Shown here one piece after another: positions 63,587 through 64,000 of a stretch of 64,000 nucleotides of DNA (position 1 is its first letter; every line of letters starts with the position of its first letter). The notes beneath the pieces are model-generated. The model saw only the letters and a list, made by a program, of their open reading frames with translations, did not search any database and was not told the origin of the DNA. The stretch is from the NCBI GenBank assembly GCA_052035175.1, contig JBPOHV010000001.1, forward strand, positions 105,569 through 169,568. The letters are read 5' to 3'. Position numbers and translations under genes: made by a program. Origin of the DNA: a candidate division WWE3 bacterium. GTDB taxonomy: Bacteria; Patescibacteriota; WWE3; UBA101185; UBA10185.

Positions 63587-63589
63587 CGT

Positions 63590-64000
63590 ATGGATACAGA
63601 TATTTCTTGGATTTGGGAATCACCAAAACTAAATCTATTAGCAGAAACTAATTTCAAAAGATATATAGCAATTTTATATATGTTGCTAATCGAAAAAGAA
63701 ATAAGTTTCGACGCATTAATTGCTGGTGGGAATACTGGTTTGATAATGGGACGTCTAGCCCAGCTAACGTTTGATAGGTTGGGTATATCAAAGCCCCCAA
63801 TGCTAAGTATTCCTCATCAAAGAGCAAGGAGAAGTGATCCTGCTACAGACTTACCAGAAAGAACAAATAAAGTATTCGCACTTGGTGTGTACAACCAGAT
63901 TTATGATTTTAATGTTCCAAAAATAGGAAATCTATTATTTATAGATGATGAGATATCTAAAGGTACAAACGCATACACATGTGCTATTTCAGTGCTAGAT
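63590..64000 (+). CDS. Hypothetical protein, 3'-truncated by the window edge.
   Basis: ATG at 63590 (MDTDISWIWESPKL...), open to the end of the window. Not in the ORF track. Confidence 0.3.
   Translation, partial: MDTDISWIWESPKLNLLAETNFKRYIAILYMLLIEKEISFDALIAGGNTGLIMGRLAQLTFDRLGISKPPMLSIPHQRARRSDPATDLPERTNKVFALGVYNQIYDFNVPKIGNLLFIDDEISKGTNAYTCAISVLD

Noticed and set aside
1-64000. CRISPR arrays, transposases or integrases.
   Set aside because: No regularly spaced direct repeats of 24-48 nt were seen. No DDE/serine/tyrosine recombinase-like ORFs were recognised. Mobile-element signatures are limited to tRNA-derived repeats and compositional islets.

Overview
This is a low-GC window (about 33-36% GC, standard genetic code) that looks like a reduced bacterial genome, plausibly from the Candidate Phyla Radiation (CPR); that assignment is inferred from gene content. 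Annotated: about 85 CDS, two tRNAs (Cys-GCA, Pro-GGG) and an RNase P RNA (rnpB) on the minus strand that the ORF track mis-calls as two ORFs. Recognisable housekeeping genes are the co-directional cluster rpmH-rnpA-yidD-yidC-jag-dnaN (no dnaA), groES-groEL behind a CIRCE-like operator, a convergent Hsp20 gene, ftsEX, mltG, an M23 peptidase, uppS plus a polyprenyl synthase, msrA, and a short-form alaS preceded by a probable Ala T-box leader. tRNA-modification and tRNA-associated genes are unusually dense: miaB-miaA, tsaE-tsaB, Elp3 with a divergent SAM methyltransferase, a CsaA-like tRNA-binding protein, and a Qng1-like queuosine-salvage gene in a three-gene operon with a nucleoside 2-deoxyribosyltransferase-like protein and a wHTH-Nudix fusion. 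Accessory content includes a Gram-positive-type T4SS-like module (PrgI-like fusion, VirB4 N-domain paralog, VirB4 ATPase), envelope glycopolymer genes (GT2, GT4/WecA-like, UbiA DPPR-like, PA14, a giant SDR-DUF4012-like fusion, Wzz-like), and an NpmA/KamB-like 16S m1A1408 methyltransferase near an APH-like kinase. The most unusual signals are: (i) a tRNA-Cys locus where a small GIY-YIG nuclease ORF sits between degenerate tRNA-Cys-derived segments that carry a recurring CCGCC-NNNN-GGCGG hairpin; (ii) five short islets of about 48-52% GC with G/C-ending codons encoding small secreted or lipoproteins, one of them splitting the conserved yidD/yidC cluster; (iii) a protein with three tandem LuxR-type HTH domains; (iv) an operon coupling a nucleotidyltransferase, RNase HI and a Wzz-like protein. 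No CRISPR array, transposase or integrase is recognisable.
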